Below are positions 50,405 through 59,818 of a DNA stretch of 64,000 nucleotides, in pieces (within the stretch, counting starts at the first letter, position 1; the number at the start of each line of letters is the position of its first letter). Source of the DNA: Candidatus Poribacteria bacterium (GTDB lineage: Bacteria; Poribacteria; WGA-4E; PCPOR2b); contig OZ242326.1 in the NCBI GenBank assembly GCA_965208325.1, forward strand, positions 2,752,001 to 2,816,000. The letters run 5' to 3'. The notes under the pieces are model-generated. The model worked only from the letters and a program-made list of their open reading frames with translations, ran no database searches and was not told the DNA's origin. A program made the position numbers and the translations under genes.

Positions 50405-51445
50405 ATGCCAGAAATTGACCCGCTTGACAAATTCTTAAAGGAAACAAAAGAGAGAATTGATACGCACATCTTGAATTTTCTGCCTCAAGAACACGAACGC
50501 CATGAAGTGCGTCGGCTCTATGAAATGATGAGGGATTATCCGCTGCGTTCGGGCAAACGATTACGCCCCGCAATCTGTTTGCTAATCTGCGAAGCTTTCG
50601 GCGGAAATCTAAGAGAGGCTCTCAATACTGCTGCGGCACTAGAACTTTTGCAAGATTGGCTTTTAATCCATGACGATATTGAAGATCAGTCGGATTTGCG
50701 TCGCGGCCAACCGTGTTTACATCTAAAGTATGGTATTCCGATGGCTATTAACGTCGGCGATGCTCTCCACTGCAAAATGTGGGAAATGCTCCATTCGAAC
50801 GCAGATTCACTTGGCTATGAGATTGCGTTTCAGATTCTATCCGAGTTCTCACAACTCTGCAACCAGGTCGTCGAAGGGCAACATATCGAGTTAAGTTGGG
50901 TTAGCAACAACCGTTGGAACCTAACTGAAGCAGATTACTGGACTATGTGTGTGCAGAAAACAGCTTGGTATACATGTATCACCCCATGTCGAATCGGCGC
51001 TCTTATCGCTGGAGCAACTACAGCCGATGCCGATCAATTTAACGATATCGGCATGAATCTCGGAGTCGCCTTCCAAATACAAGACGACGTACTCAATCTA
51101 GTCGGTGAAGTGGGGCGGTACGGTAAAGAGATTGCTGGCGACATCAGTGAGGGCAAACGCACGCTTGTACTCATTCACTTGTTGAGCTCATGTACAAAGA
51201 CCGAGGCGCTGCGCGTAATCGAGATTATGGATAAATCTCGAGAGGATAAGACCCAAGAAGAAATTGAAGACGTGTTGCGCTTGATTGGGAAATACAAGTC
51301 CATTCAATACGCACAGCAGCAGTCCAAAAGACTCGCGCAAAACGCATTTACACAGTTCACTCGCGAATTTGCCCGCCTACCGGATAGTCGGGCAAAAAAT
51401 CTCTTTTCGCGCCTAATTCATTTCGTCATCGAACGTGAGTATTAA
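50405..51445 (+). CDS. Polyprenyl diphosphate synthase (GGPP synthase-like)
   Basis: GKRLRP, LIHDDIED..RRG, KTA and FQIQDDVL. Confidence 0.93.
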   Translation: MPEIDPLDKFLKETKERIDTHILNFLPQEHERHEVRRLYEMMRDYPLRSGKRLRPAICLLICEAFGGNLREALNTAAALELLQDWLLIHDDIEDQSDLRRGQPCLHLKYGIPMAINVGDALHCKMWEMLHSNADSLGYEIAFQILSEFSQLCNQVVEGQHIELSWVSNNRWNLTEADYWTMCVQKTAWYTCITPCRIGALIAGATTADADQFNDIGMNLGVAFQIQDDVLNLVGEVGRYGKEIAGDISEGKRTLVLIHLLSSCTKTEALRVIEIMDKSREDKTQEEIEDVLRLIGKYKSIQYAQQQSKRLAQNAFTQFTREFARLPDSRAKNLFSRLIHFVIEREY

Positions 51446-51572
51446 AATTCCGGCAACAATTCAGCACAAACCTTGCCGTTCGCAATGCCCCGAATTCAAA
51501 CTTCTGTTGAGGAAGGAATACATGTAATCCAAATATACTATTATTTCAATGATTCGGCGATTCACCAGTTGG

Positions 51573-52301
51573 TTACCCGCACGTCTTTACAAATGCCTTA
51601 AACAAGTTTAGCGCATCAGGATGGCGTTCCCACATCAGCTCCGGATGGCACGCTACTCCCAAAGCAAATTTGTGCGTTGGATTTTCGATGGCTTCGATAA
51701 CACCATCTTTTGAGTGTGCTGTGGCGACAAATCCATCCCCAACCTCGTCTACTGCCTGATGATGGAATGAGTTGACTCGGGTCGATGTGCCGCCGACTAT
51801 CTGTTTTAGGCGGCTGCCCTGAAGAATATCGATCGTATGCGATGCATACCAACCCGGTCCCTTCTGCATATGGCACAAAGTTGGCGGGGGCAATTCCGAC
51901 GCAATATCTTGGTATATTGTACCGCCTGCCGCAACGCTCAAAACCTGCATACCCCGGCACGTTGCTAGAATCGGCAAGTTCTGATCCAACGCTTTTCGTG
52001 TCAGTTGCAGTTCCATTTCATCGCGCACTCGGTCCACATTACCAATCTTCTGGTGCGGCTCCTGCCCAAACAGAAGCGGATCTATATCTCCCCCGCCGGA
52101 CAATATGAGCCCGTCAAGCAACCCGAGGTAATGGTCAATGCAACCCGAATCTTCAACGTGCGGCAAAAGGAGCGGTGTCCCGCCTATATGTTCAATCACG
52201 CGAGCATAGTCACACGCTATTTGATTGCGTTCCAAAAAATGTACGGTGCCTTCAATATTGGTTACTGTCAAACTGCAAGTTATGCCGATAACGGAACGCA
52301 T
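51573..52301 (-). CDS. Gamma-glutamyl-gamma-aminobutyrate hydrolase family (peptidase C26, class I GATase)
   Basis: SGGGDIDP, RDEMEL, TCRGMQ, VNSFHHQ and HPE. Confidence 0.9.
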   Translation of the reverse strand: MRSVIGITCSLTVTNIEGTVHFLERNQIACDYARVIEHIGGTPLLLPHVEDSGCIDHYLGLLDGLILSGGGDIDPLLFGQEPHQKIGNVDRVRDEMELQLTRKALDQNLPILATCRGMQVLSVAAGGTIYQDIASELPPPTLCHMQKGPGWYASHTIDILQGSRLKQIVGGTSTRVNSFHHQAVDEVGDGFVATAHSKDGVIEAIENPTHKFALGVACHPELMWERHPDALNLFKAFVKTCG

Positions 52302-52379
52302 TTTTAATCCCTCTGTTTGGACACCGGGAATCAAGTTAAACGCAATACCGAGGACATCGGTAAGGAGGATGTTGAAACC

Positions 52380-53093
52380 GTGTTAATCATACCCGCAATC
52401 GATCTCCGAAACGGAAAATGTGTCAATTTGTTACAAGGACGCCCCGAGGAGGAAACAATTTTTTCGAATCAGCCCGTAACCATGGCACAGCAGTGGCAAC
52501 AGGAAGGCGCCGAATATCTACATCTTGTCGATCTTGATGGCGCTTTTCGAGGTACAGCCGGGAACCTTCCCATAGTCAAGCAAATCATCGGTGCTGTTAG
52601 TATTCCTACGCAATTGGGTGGCGGTATACGCACAATCGAGAGGTTGCATCAGATTATAGGCCTCGGCGTATCGCGAGCAATTCTGGGTACAGCCGCGCTC
52701 AAAAATCCGCAGTTGGTTGAGGAGGCATTGAATATATATGGGGAACGAATTGCCGTCGGCATTGATGCAAAAGATGGAATGGTCGCAACAGAGGGTTGGT
52801 TAAATTTGTCTCAAGTTTCGGCGTTTACATTCGCCAAAGAAATAGAAGCCAAGGGGATTCAAACCATCATCTATACGGACATCAAAAGCGATGGAATGCT
52901 GAAGGGGCCTAACCTTGCGTCAACTCAAACTTTGATTCAGACGGTAAATATCGATGTCATCGCTTCCGGTGGTATCACGTCAATTCAAGATGTCGTAGAC
53001 CTGAAAACGTGCGGAGCAACGGGGGCTATTATAGGCCGCGCACTTTACACGAAAATGTTAAATTTGAAAGCTGCCATTACTGCCGCCCACTAA
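52380..53093 (+). CDS. hisA: ProFAR isomerase
   Basis: IIPAIDL, LHLVDLDGA, QLGGGIR, TDIKSDGMLKGPN and ASGG. Confidence 0.96.
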   Translation: MLIIPAIDLRNGKCVNLLQGRPEEETIFSNQPVTMAQQWQQEGAEYLHLVDLDGAFRGTAGNLPIVKQIIGAVSIPTQLGGGIRTIERLHQIIGLGVSRAILGTAALKNPQLVEEALNIYGERIAVGIDAKDGMVATEGWLNLSQVSAFTFAKEIEAKGIQTIIYTDIKSDGMLKGPNLASTQTLIQTVNIDVIASGGITSIQDVVDLKTCGATGAIIGRALYTKMLNLKAAITAAH

Positions 53094-53108
53094 GTACCCC
53101 TCTCTCTT

Positions 53109-53564
53109 CTACTCATCTGGACGAATCCAACTTACTACGTCTTCAGCTTCTCCCGATCCACCTTCGCGCCCATCACTGCCAAATGAAATCAAATCGTAAC
53201 CGTAGCGATCGTGGACGCCGGGGCGAATATAAATGTACTCATTCTGCCACGGATCCTTTGTAAAAGGTATCTTTAAGTACGGTCCACTCCAATTGACTGG
53301 AATAGGCGGTTTCTCAGGCTTTTCCCAGAGCGCAGTAAGTCCTTGCGCGGTCGATGGATAATCCCCATTGTCTTTCGCATAGCTATCAAGCGCGATGCCG
53401 AGCGCTTCAATCTCTTCAGCAGCCTGCGCTTGCAGGGCTTTTCCCGCTTGTCCAAGTATGCGGCCTCCGCCAAAAATGACCGCCGCCACAACACCTATGA
53501 TCACAATCACTACCAGGAGCTGGGTAGATGTCAGACCAGACTGTTGATTGTTAGTCCTTCTCAA
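53109..53564 (-). CDS. gspG: Type II secretion major pseudopilin GspG-like, atypical N-terminus
   Basis: YPSTAQGL, WSGPYL, DPWQNEY and SFGSDGREGG; TTG start after GGAGG; prepilin site G|LTSTQLLVV. Confidence 0.85.
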   Translation of the reverse strand: MRRTNNQQSGLTSTQLLVVIVIIGVVAAVIFGGGRILGQAGKALQAQAAEEIEALGIALDSYAKDNGDYPSTAQGLTALWEKPEKPPIPVNWSGPYLKIPFTKDPWQNEYIYIRPGVHDRYGYDLISFGSDGREGGSGEAEDVVSWIRPDE

Positions 53565-53723
53565 ACGAATTTCCTCCACTTTCTTTAGACAATCCCATTT
53601 TAGCACAACCGCCTTATGCCTGCAACTACATTCCATTTGTCTCACGAAATTCCAAAACCGGTTTTCGTTGACAAACTGTTGTCTTGCTGCAAACGCAACA
53701 ATCGACCTTAACCTGAAGAAATA

Positions 53724-54626
53724 TCAAAACGTCTGTTCGTTAAACTCTCGTTCCAATGTTCTCACGTTTTCCATCCCTGTGAGCTGTGCGACTTCTTGAA
53801 GCGGCATTAGCTCATCCGCTAACGATTTAGTTGTGCCTTTATCCTGTAGTTCCTTCATTACCCGAGTAACTGCTTTTGCCGCCGCCATGAGCGCGGTCAT
53901 AGGGTATATGACAACCTTAAATCCCATATGGTACAGTTCGTCACTGGTGAGCAACGGTCTTCCGACGGTTTCTGTCATATTCGCCAGTACATGAGCATAA
54001 GGGCCAATGTTCTGGGCAACTATCTTTAATTCGTCGACAGTCTCCTCAGTGTAACCCGGATCAACAAAGATTATGTCTGCACCCGCCTGAGCGTACGCAA
54101 TGCCGCGCTTTACACCCGCTTCCAACCCTATCGCCCGGCTTGCGTGTGTTCGGGCAATCACCACAAAATCTGGGTCCATCTCCGCTCGCACCTTGGCTAC
54201 GGCTTTCAGTTTGCGAGTCATCGCTTCCACCGGAATGACATCCCCTCCGCCTAAAGATGGCGATCGCTTGGGCGACACCTGATCCTCAATATACATGCCC
54301 GCCAGCCCTGCCTGAATGACTTCTCGCGTTGTCCGCAGCACATTGAAAAAATCCCCGAATCCGTCATCCATGTCGCAAATCACAGGGAGGTTTACTGCAG
54401 CCGCCATGTTTCTAGCATAGCTTACCATTTCGGTTGCGGTGAGCATCCCTATATCCGGCATTCCCAGAAAACTTGCCGCCGTGTTGTAACCACCGTGCAA
54501 TGCCGCCTTAAACCCGGCGCGCTCTATGATACGAAGAGAAAGGCAGTCATAAGCACATGGGGCAACAATTACGCCGGGTCGTTCCAGTAACTCCCGAAGT
54601 TGCGTCGTTCTTTTTTCGTTTATCAT
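53724..54626 (-). CDS. Isocitrate lyase / PEP mutase family protein
   Basis: AYDCLS, GMPDIG, DMDDGFG, IEDQ..PKR, ARTH, AGAD and ANMTE. Confidence 0.88.
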   Translation of the reverse strand: MINEKRTTQLRELLERPGVIVAPCAYDCLSLRIIERAGFKAALHGGYNTAASFLGMPDIGMLTATEMVSYARNMAAAVNLPVICDMDDGFGDFFNVLRTTREVIQAGLAGMYIEDQVSPKRSPSLGGGDVIPVEAMTRKLKAVAKVRAEMDPDFVVIARTHASRAIGLEAGVKRGIAYAQAGADIIFVDPGYTEETVDELKIVAQNIGPYAHVLANMTETVGRPLLTSDELYHMGFKVVIYPMTALMAAAKAVTRVMKELQDKGTTKSLADELMPLQEVAQLTGMENVRTLEREFNEQTF

Positions 54627-54682
54627 AGGTGTGCATAACAGTCAAGCTTACCGCGAGTCATGGGCAAAAAGTTATTTAATCT

Positions 54683-55081
54683 TTAGCGTATTCGTTCCCA
54701 ATCCTTCATCAAGTCCCGATAGGCTCCAACTGGCCCAAATACGGGGGGTGTGTTCACCCAGTAGAGTTCCATCTCCTCATCACCAGTGTTGATGGCGCGG
54801 TGACCTACACCAGGGGCAATGTATACCGCAGTTCCTTGCTCCACATCAACTACGCGATCGTCCAATACAAATTGACCCGTCCCCCGCACAACATAATAAA
54901 TCTCTTCTCCTTCGTGAACACTCAGCTTCGTCTGTTCCTCGCCAGCCGGTAATATTACGATTCCGGCCGCGATATTGGCGGTGGGAGTGATGTCTCTTTC
55001 GAATATCAAGCCCATACAACGCCGGTGCGGGCGTGGTGATTTCCATAACATACACTCATTCGCTTTCACGACATCCTTCAT
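54683..55081 (-). CDS. Cupin domain protein
   Basis: SVHEGEEIYYVVRGTG and PGVGHRAIN. Confidence 0.85.
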   Translation of the reverse strand: MKDVVKANECMLWKSPRPHRRCMGLIFERDITPTANIAAGIVILPAGEEQTKLSVHEGEEIYYVVRGTGQFVLDDRVVDVEQGTAVYIAPGVGHRAINTGDEEMELYWVNTPPVFGPVGAYRDLMKDWERIR

Positions 55082-55161
55082 CGTTTTTCCTCTCTTTTGT
55101 TTCAATAAGTGCTCCGTTCGTGACAAAATGTCTCTTGTCAACGTTCTACTTTATGATTCGC

Positions 55162-56025
55162 TCATGTTTCGCCTGCTAACGCGTCGGTGCTTGTAGCGGG
55201 CGAAAGGGCGCCCACGCCGCCATCGACACACAAGAGAGAACCGTTCACATAGTCAGAATCCGGAGACGCCAAGAACAACGCGGCGCGAGCCTGTTCTTCG
55301 GGTTGCCCCAGCCGTTGAAGTGGTACCCGCTTTGACCTATCAGCGCGATATGCTTCAGTCGTCGATTCCAGTAGCATCGGTGTCGCAGTTGCCCCGGGAC
55401 AGATACAGTTAACGTGGATATTGTATTTCCCCCATTCTACAGCTAACGCCCTAGTTAATCCCGCCACGCCGTGCTTTGAGGCCGTATAATGCGCCATCTG
55501 GGGCACGCCGCTAATTCCTGCTGTAGATGCAAAATTCACAATCTTCCCGGACCGCTGATTAATCATGGCCTTTCCAACTTCCCTGCAACACAAGAAAACC
55601 CCAGTCAGATTCACATCAAGCACTCTTCGCCATTCCTGCAAGGAGACCTCCGCAGTAGGTCCAAACTCGGCAATGCCGACACAGTTGACGAGGATGTCAA
55701 TCCTATGAAACTCCTGTAATACGGTATCGGCCAACCTTAACACCTGATTCTCATCTACGACATCTAGTGCTTGTGCTTGTGCATGACCTCCTGCCATTCT
55801 GACTTTTAATGCCACATCGTTCGCTTTCTCATCATCTATATCGCCGATGACGACCCTCGCTCCCTCTTGGCCAAAAAGTTGAGCGATAGATGCACCCATT
55901 CCCGATGCTCCGCCCGATATAATCGCAACCTTGTTTTGTAGCTTCATCGAAAACCTTTTGACATTGGGCTGATATTGAGGGATTTCGGTTACTTTGGCGG
56001 AAAAATTTTGCCGCGATTCACTCAA
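55162..56025 (-). CDS. Short-chain dehydrogenase/reductase
   Basis: SGGASGMG, YTASK and NCICPG; start may be MKLQNK at 55947. Confidence 0.9.
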   Translation of the reverse strand: MSESRQNFSAKVTEIPQYQPNVKRFSMKLQNKVAIISGGASGMGASIAQLFGQEGARVVIGDIDDEKANDVALKVRMAGGHAQAQALDVVDENQVLRLADTVLQEFHRIDILVNCVGIAEFGPTAEVSLQEWRRVLDVNLTGVFLCCREVGKAMINQRSGKIVNFASTAGISGVPQMAHYTASKHGVAGLTRALAVEWGKYNIHVNCICPGATATPMLLESTTEAYRADRSKRVPLQRLGQPEEQARAALFLASPDSDYVNGSLLCVDGGVGALSPATSTDALAGET

Positions 56026-56809
56026 AGTGGTGCGCGCGAATACATGCAGTTAATCCGCCATCGACCGGCAGAACAACACCGGTTATCCATGACGAATCTG
56101 GGGAGGCAAGAAACAGTGCGGCTTTCGCGACATCCGATAACTTGCCTAATCTGCCCATCGGGATTGATCGTAGCATACCTTCTTTAAATGCTGGATTCGT
56201 TGCCTCCATCAACAACGGCGTCTCAATCGTTGCCGGACAAATACAGTTGACATTTATGTTGTATGCGCCCAAGTCTACAGCGAGCGCTCTCGTCAGCCCC
56301 ACAACCCCGTGTTTCGCAATGCTATAAGAAGCAGCTTGAGGAATCGCGCGTACGGCAGCCGCTGACCCGATATTGATAATTTTTCCGCTTCGCTTTCTCA
56401 TCATCTCGGGCATAACCGCGTGACACGTGTTCCACATGCCGTCAAGATTGATAGATCGTATCTTCCGCCAAAGCTCCATCGAATAGGCATCAGGCGGTAC
56501 AAAGTGGTTCCAACCGGCACAATTGACCAAGATATCAACTGTACCAAGCTGCCGCAAAGCCTTTTCGACTTCCGCTTTCACCCCTTCATCATCTGTAATA
56601 TCTGTTTCTGAGGCAATAACTTCGCCATCAAGTTGTTCAATCGCCTTGGCTACCCTGGTACCGCCGGGACCATCAATGTCCATAACAACCAATGCGGCCC
56701 CTTGTCGAGTGAACTCCATGCAAATCCCTTCGCCGATACCCGAAGCGCCGCCTGTGACTATGGCGACCTTACCCTGCAATTGACCGCCGCTTGATGATTG
56801 GTCCGCCAT
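56018..56809 (-). CDS. Short-chain dehydrogenase/reductase
   Basis: TGGASGIG, NCAG, YSIAK and VDGG. Confidence 0.92.
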   Translation of the reverse strand: MADQSSSGGQLQGKVAIVTGGASGIGEGICMEFTRQGAALVVMDIDGPGGTRVAKAIEQLDGEVIASETDITDDEGVKAEVEKALRQLGTVDILVNCAGWNHFVPPDAYSMELWRKIRSINLDGMWNTCHAVMPEMMRKRSGKIINIGSAAAVRAIPQAASYSIAKHGVVGLTRALAVDLGAYNINVNCICPATIETPLLMEATNPAFKEGMLRSIPMGRLGKLSDVAKAALFLASPDSSWITGVVLPVDGGLTACIRAHHFE

Positions 56810-57016
56810 TAATGCGCTCCTGTTTTCCCAGTGCCGGAATCAACGATAACTCTACTTTTTGCATATTATACGTGGATACATCCTAAAGTCAAGTAGAAAG
56901 AAATCATAGGAACAACCTCCGTGGGCCGCCAAAAAAGAAGAACTGTCACGATGGCTGCGTTCTTAACCGCAACCGCAACATGCCCGATATTGAATTAAAA
57001 AATTCAGATTTTTCTC

Positions 57017-57045
57017 TTGATTTTTGATGTGAAGGTTTTTATAAT
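57017..57045 (+). promoter_or_regulatory. Sigma-70 promoter followed by a leader of about 250 nt
   Basis: TTGATT-17 nt-TATAAT. Confidence 0.6.
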
Positions 57046-57295
57046 GCTTTGGACTCTGGAACTTGGGTAGAACACGGTTAACATCTCGTATGGAAACAGG
57101 TTGTCAGATAGAGATGATTCCTCAATTGCCTTTTTCTGCTTTATAAAATGTTAGACCTCTGTAAAAATAACACCTACTTGGGATCTCATGAAAAACAGCC
57201 CGCGGGTGATGAGAAGTGGTTTCGTATTGCCTACCCGCCGACTCGTGGCAAGTTTCTACACATTGAAATACTACACCCATCGGTACCCATTGTAA

Positions 57296-58789
57296 ATGGA
57301 GCGCTTTATGTCGTTTACTGCGGAATCTAGTCAACTCAACGTGCAAAATCCCGCCGACGGTGAGCGGGAGATTCCGGCTCTGCTGCCTCGTGACGTCCCT
57401 GGGCATCAGTTTGTCGTCTATGCTGATTGTTGCTCTGGCGTGCCCGGCGCAAAATTTGAACCAAACTTCGCCGCTGTGAATGCCGTGGTAGCGAGGATTC
57501 ATCCCCAACCCGATTTCATCATCTTTCCTGGTGACCACATTCTGGGAATAACCCAAGACTATGCCGCGTTACGTCAGCAGTGGAACTATTGGCTTCAGAC
57601 TGAAATGAAACGGCTCAAGAAACGGTCTATTGAAATATTCCACACAACCAGCAACCACAACACATACGATGTCGAGAGCGAACAAGTGTGGCGTGACGTC
57701 TTTCCTGAAATCCCCTGCAATGGCCCCGCAGGTCAGGAGGGCTTGTCTTATTTCGTACGCCGTGATGACTTTTTGCTTGTGTGTGTCAATACGGCGTTCT
57801 CTGGACTAGGAGGCAACGGCCACGTTGAGCATGAATGGCTAGACCAAGTGCTATGTGCCAATGACGATGCCGCGCACAAATTTGTCGCCGGGCACCATCC
57901 GGTTCTGCCAGTAAATGGCTACGAACGGTATCCATTCTGGCGGATTGTACCCGATGAAGGACAAGCGTTTTGGGACATTTTGGTTAAACATCATGTCCAA
58001 GCTTACCTCTGCAGCCACATTATTGCTTTTGATGTTCAGGCACAACAGGGAGTGCTTCAAGTCTGCACCGGCGGGGCGGGAACCAACTATGGGCCCGGCG
58101 GTTTCATGCCCGGTCGAACAGAATATCACCACGCCGTGCAGTTTGCTGTCGACCCCGCAGGTACACGCTACCAAGTGATTGACACTAATGGTACAGTACG
58201 TGAGCGGCTGGAATGGCCGATATCGCTCCCGCTGGCGGATGAATGGAAACATGTAAATCCTGAGGAGGCATCGGCAACGTTCGGAGGCGCTTGGGACGAT
58301 TCTAGTCACAATCTTGGCGATGATTGGCTTTGTGCGTGGCGCATCTCAGGAGTGCTGCACCACATTGCATCTGGCAAAAACACACAATCCCTCCTCTGTG
58401 GATGGGACGACCTTGAGGGCGCCGCGACAATCTGGATTGGATTTGAAGGCTGTCCGCCGGTGCTCACGATTAAACTCGTGACCGAATCTGGAATGGGAAC
58501 ACAGACCTGGACTGGTACGGTATTAACACCGGGAGAACCTTTTGATTTTGAGCTGGCGCTGCACAGCGGGATGGGCCCCGGCGGTGTTCTGTATCGGTTA
58601 GATGACGCATCTCCTTGGTCGTCATTGCAATCATCTACGTCCATGGGGGCGGAAAACCTCATATGGCCGCGCAAATGGTACATTGGTCACAGCCAAAGCG
58701 GTATATCCGACCGCCCGTTTTTAGGTGGCAATCTGCGCGCAGCCTGGACAAAACGCCATCTCCCAACACCATCGCAAAGCGGTCATTAA
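57296..58789 (+). CDS. Calcineurin-like metallophosphoesterase with C-terminal beta domain
   Basis: YADCCSG, FPGDH, SNHN, GHHP and CSHI motifs. Confidence 0.82.
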   Translation: MERFMSFTAESSQLNVQNPADGEREIPALLPRDVPGHQFVVYADCCSGVPGAKFEPNFAAVNAVVARIHPQPDFIIFPGDHILGITQDYAALRQQWNYWLQTEMKRLKKRSIEIFHTTSNHNTYDVESEQVWRDVFPEIPCNGPAGQEGLSYFVRRDDFLLVCVNTAFSGLGGNGHVEHEWLDQVLCANDDAAHKFVAGHHPVLPVNGYERYPFWRIVPDEGQAFWDILVKHHVQAYLCSHIIAFDVQAQQGVLQVCTGGAGTNYGPGGFMPGRTEYHHAVQFAVDPAGTRYQVIDTNGTVRERLEWPISLPLADEWKHVNPEEASATFGGAWDDSSHNLGDDWLCAWRISGVLHHIASGKNTQSLLCGWDDLEGAATIWIGFEGCPPVLTIKLVTESGMGTQTWTGTVLTPGEPFDFELALHSGMGPGGVLYRLDDASPWSSLQSSTSMGAENLIWPRKWYIGHSQSGISDRPFLGGNLRAAWTKRHLPTPSQSGH

Positions 58790-58833
58790 CTGAGACAATC
58801 TTCCGTTAGGTACTTGCATAGCTTCATGGAGAA

Positions 58834-59652
58834 TTGATTCCGATGCGATTCGTGTACGTTATTTCCATACTCTTCTCCGCTTTGCAATTTCTTGTGCCTT
58901 CAGCCGGCGCGCAAGAAGATTTGTTGATTTACCTCCCATTCAATGAAGGAGGTGGAGTGCGCACCGAAGACGCTTCGGGCAACGGTTTTGACGGAAAACT
59001 CAAAAATGGAGCTAAGTGGACGGAAAACGGCAAGGGTGGTAGCGCCGTAGAATTTGGGAACGGGAACAATTCCCATGTTGCAGCCGAAGGAAAAATTCTC
59101 GACCCGATCTTAGAATCAGGGCAATTTACCATTGGCGCTTACTTTAAACTCACACAGCATCGTGGTTTTGACGCAATTATTAGCGTTGAGATGCAGGGCG
59201 CCGGTTGTTGCAAATATCGCATTCTGGTAAGCCCGGGTTTTAATCCCTATTGGAACGCATCAAACGGCCCGCCAAATGACAGAACCTTTGCCGGTTTCCA
59301 ATTTAAACTAAATACATGGTACAATTATGTCTTGACTTATGATGGTCAAAGGGGACATGTCTTTGTCAATGGGAAACTAATAACGGGCGTTGATGAAGGG
59401 ATAACACCGCCCATTGCTAGTCCATCTACGCTATACGTCGGGAGGGGCGAAGCTGACGGAATGCATACACTGGAAGGCGGTGTTATCGACGAAGTTTTCA
59501 TTTTCAGCCGCGCTTTAACACAGAGGGAAATTCAAACCATCATGAAAGGCGGCGTAATTCCTGCCGTCAGTGCTTTTGGCGTCGATCCTAAAGGTAAATT
59601 GTCAACCACTTGGTCCGCCCTAAAAACACATAGAATCGTGGACAGCTATTGA
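58834..59652 (+). CDS. Secreted LamG-like jellyroll protein with C-terminal VxPxGK..TWxxLK tail
   Basis: Signal peptide, YLPFNEG..DASGNG, WYNYVLTYDG, GVIDEVFIFSRAL and GVDPKGKLSTTWSALK. Confidence 0.9.
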   Translation: MIPMRFVYVISILFSALQFLVPSAGAQEDLLIYLPFNEGGGVRTEDASGNGFDGKLKNGAKWTENGKGGSAVEFGNGNNSHVAAEGKILDPILESGQFTIGAYFKLTQHRGFDAIISVEMQGAGCCKYRILVSPGFNPYWNASNGPPNDRTFAGFQFKLNTWYNYVLTYDGQRGHVFVNGKLITGVDEGITPPIASPSTLYVGRGEADGMHTLEGGVIDEVFIFSRALTQREIQTIMKGGVIPAVSAFGVDPKGKLSTTWSALKTHRIVDSY

Positions 59653-59818
59653 GGAGGAAGCCATAGGTTTTAATTTGGAGGTCAGCATAAATCTACGTCC
59701 GCCATTCAATTTAATAACAAAGCACCGATAATGACTCCCCATTTTAATTCCGTTAAAGGTTTCTGACGAGTGTATTTCACGATCGCGCATTAAACTATCA
59801 ATAAGGAGCTATTGCTTT

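Noticed and set aside
51573..52301. Glutamine amidotransferase beside hisA as hisH
   Set aside because: Motifs (GGGDIDP, RDxxE, VNSFHHQ) are peptidase C26/PuuD type and the gene is divergent from hisA
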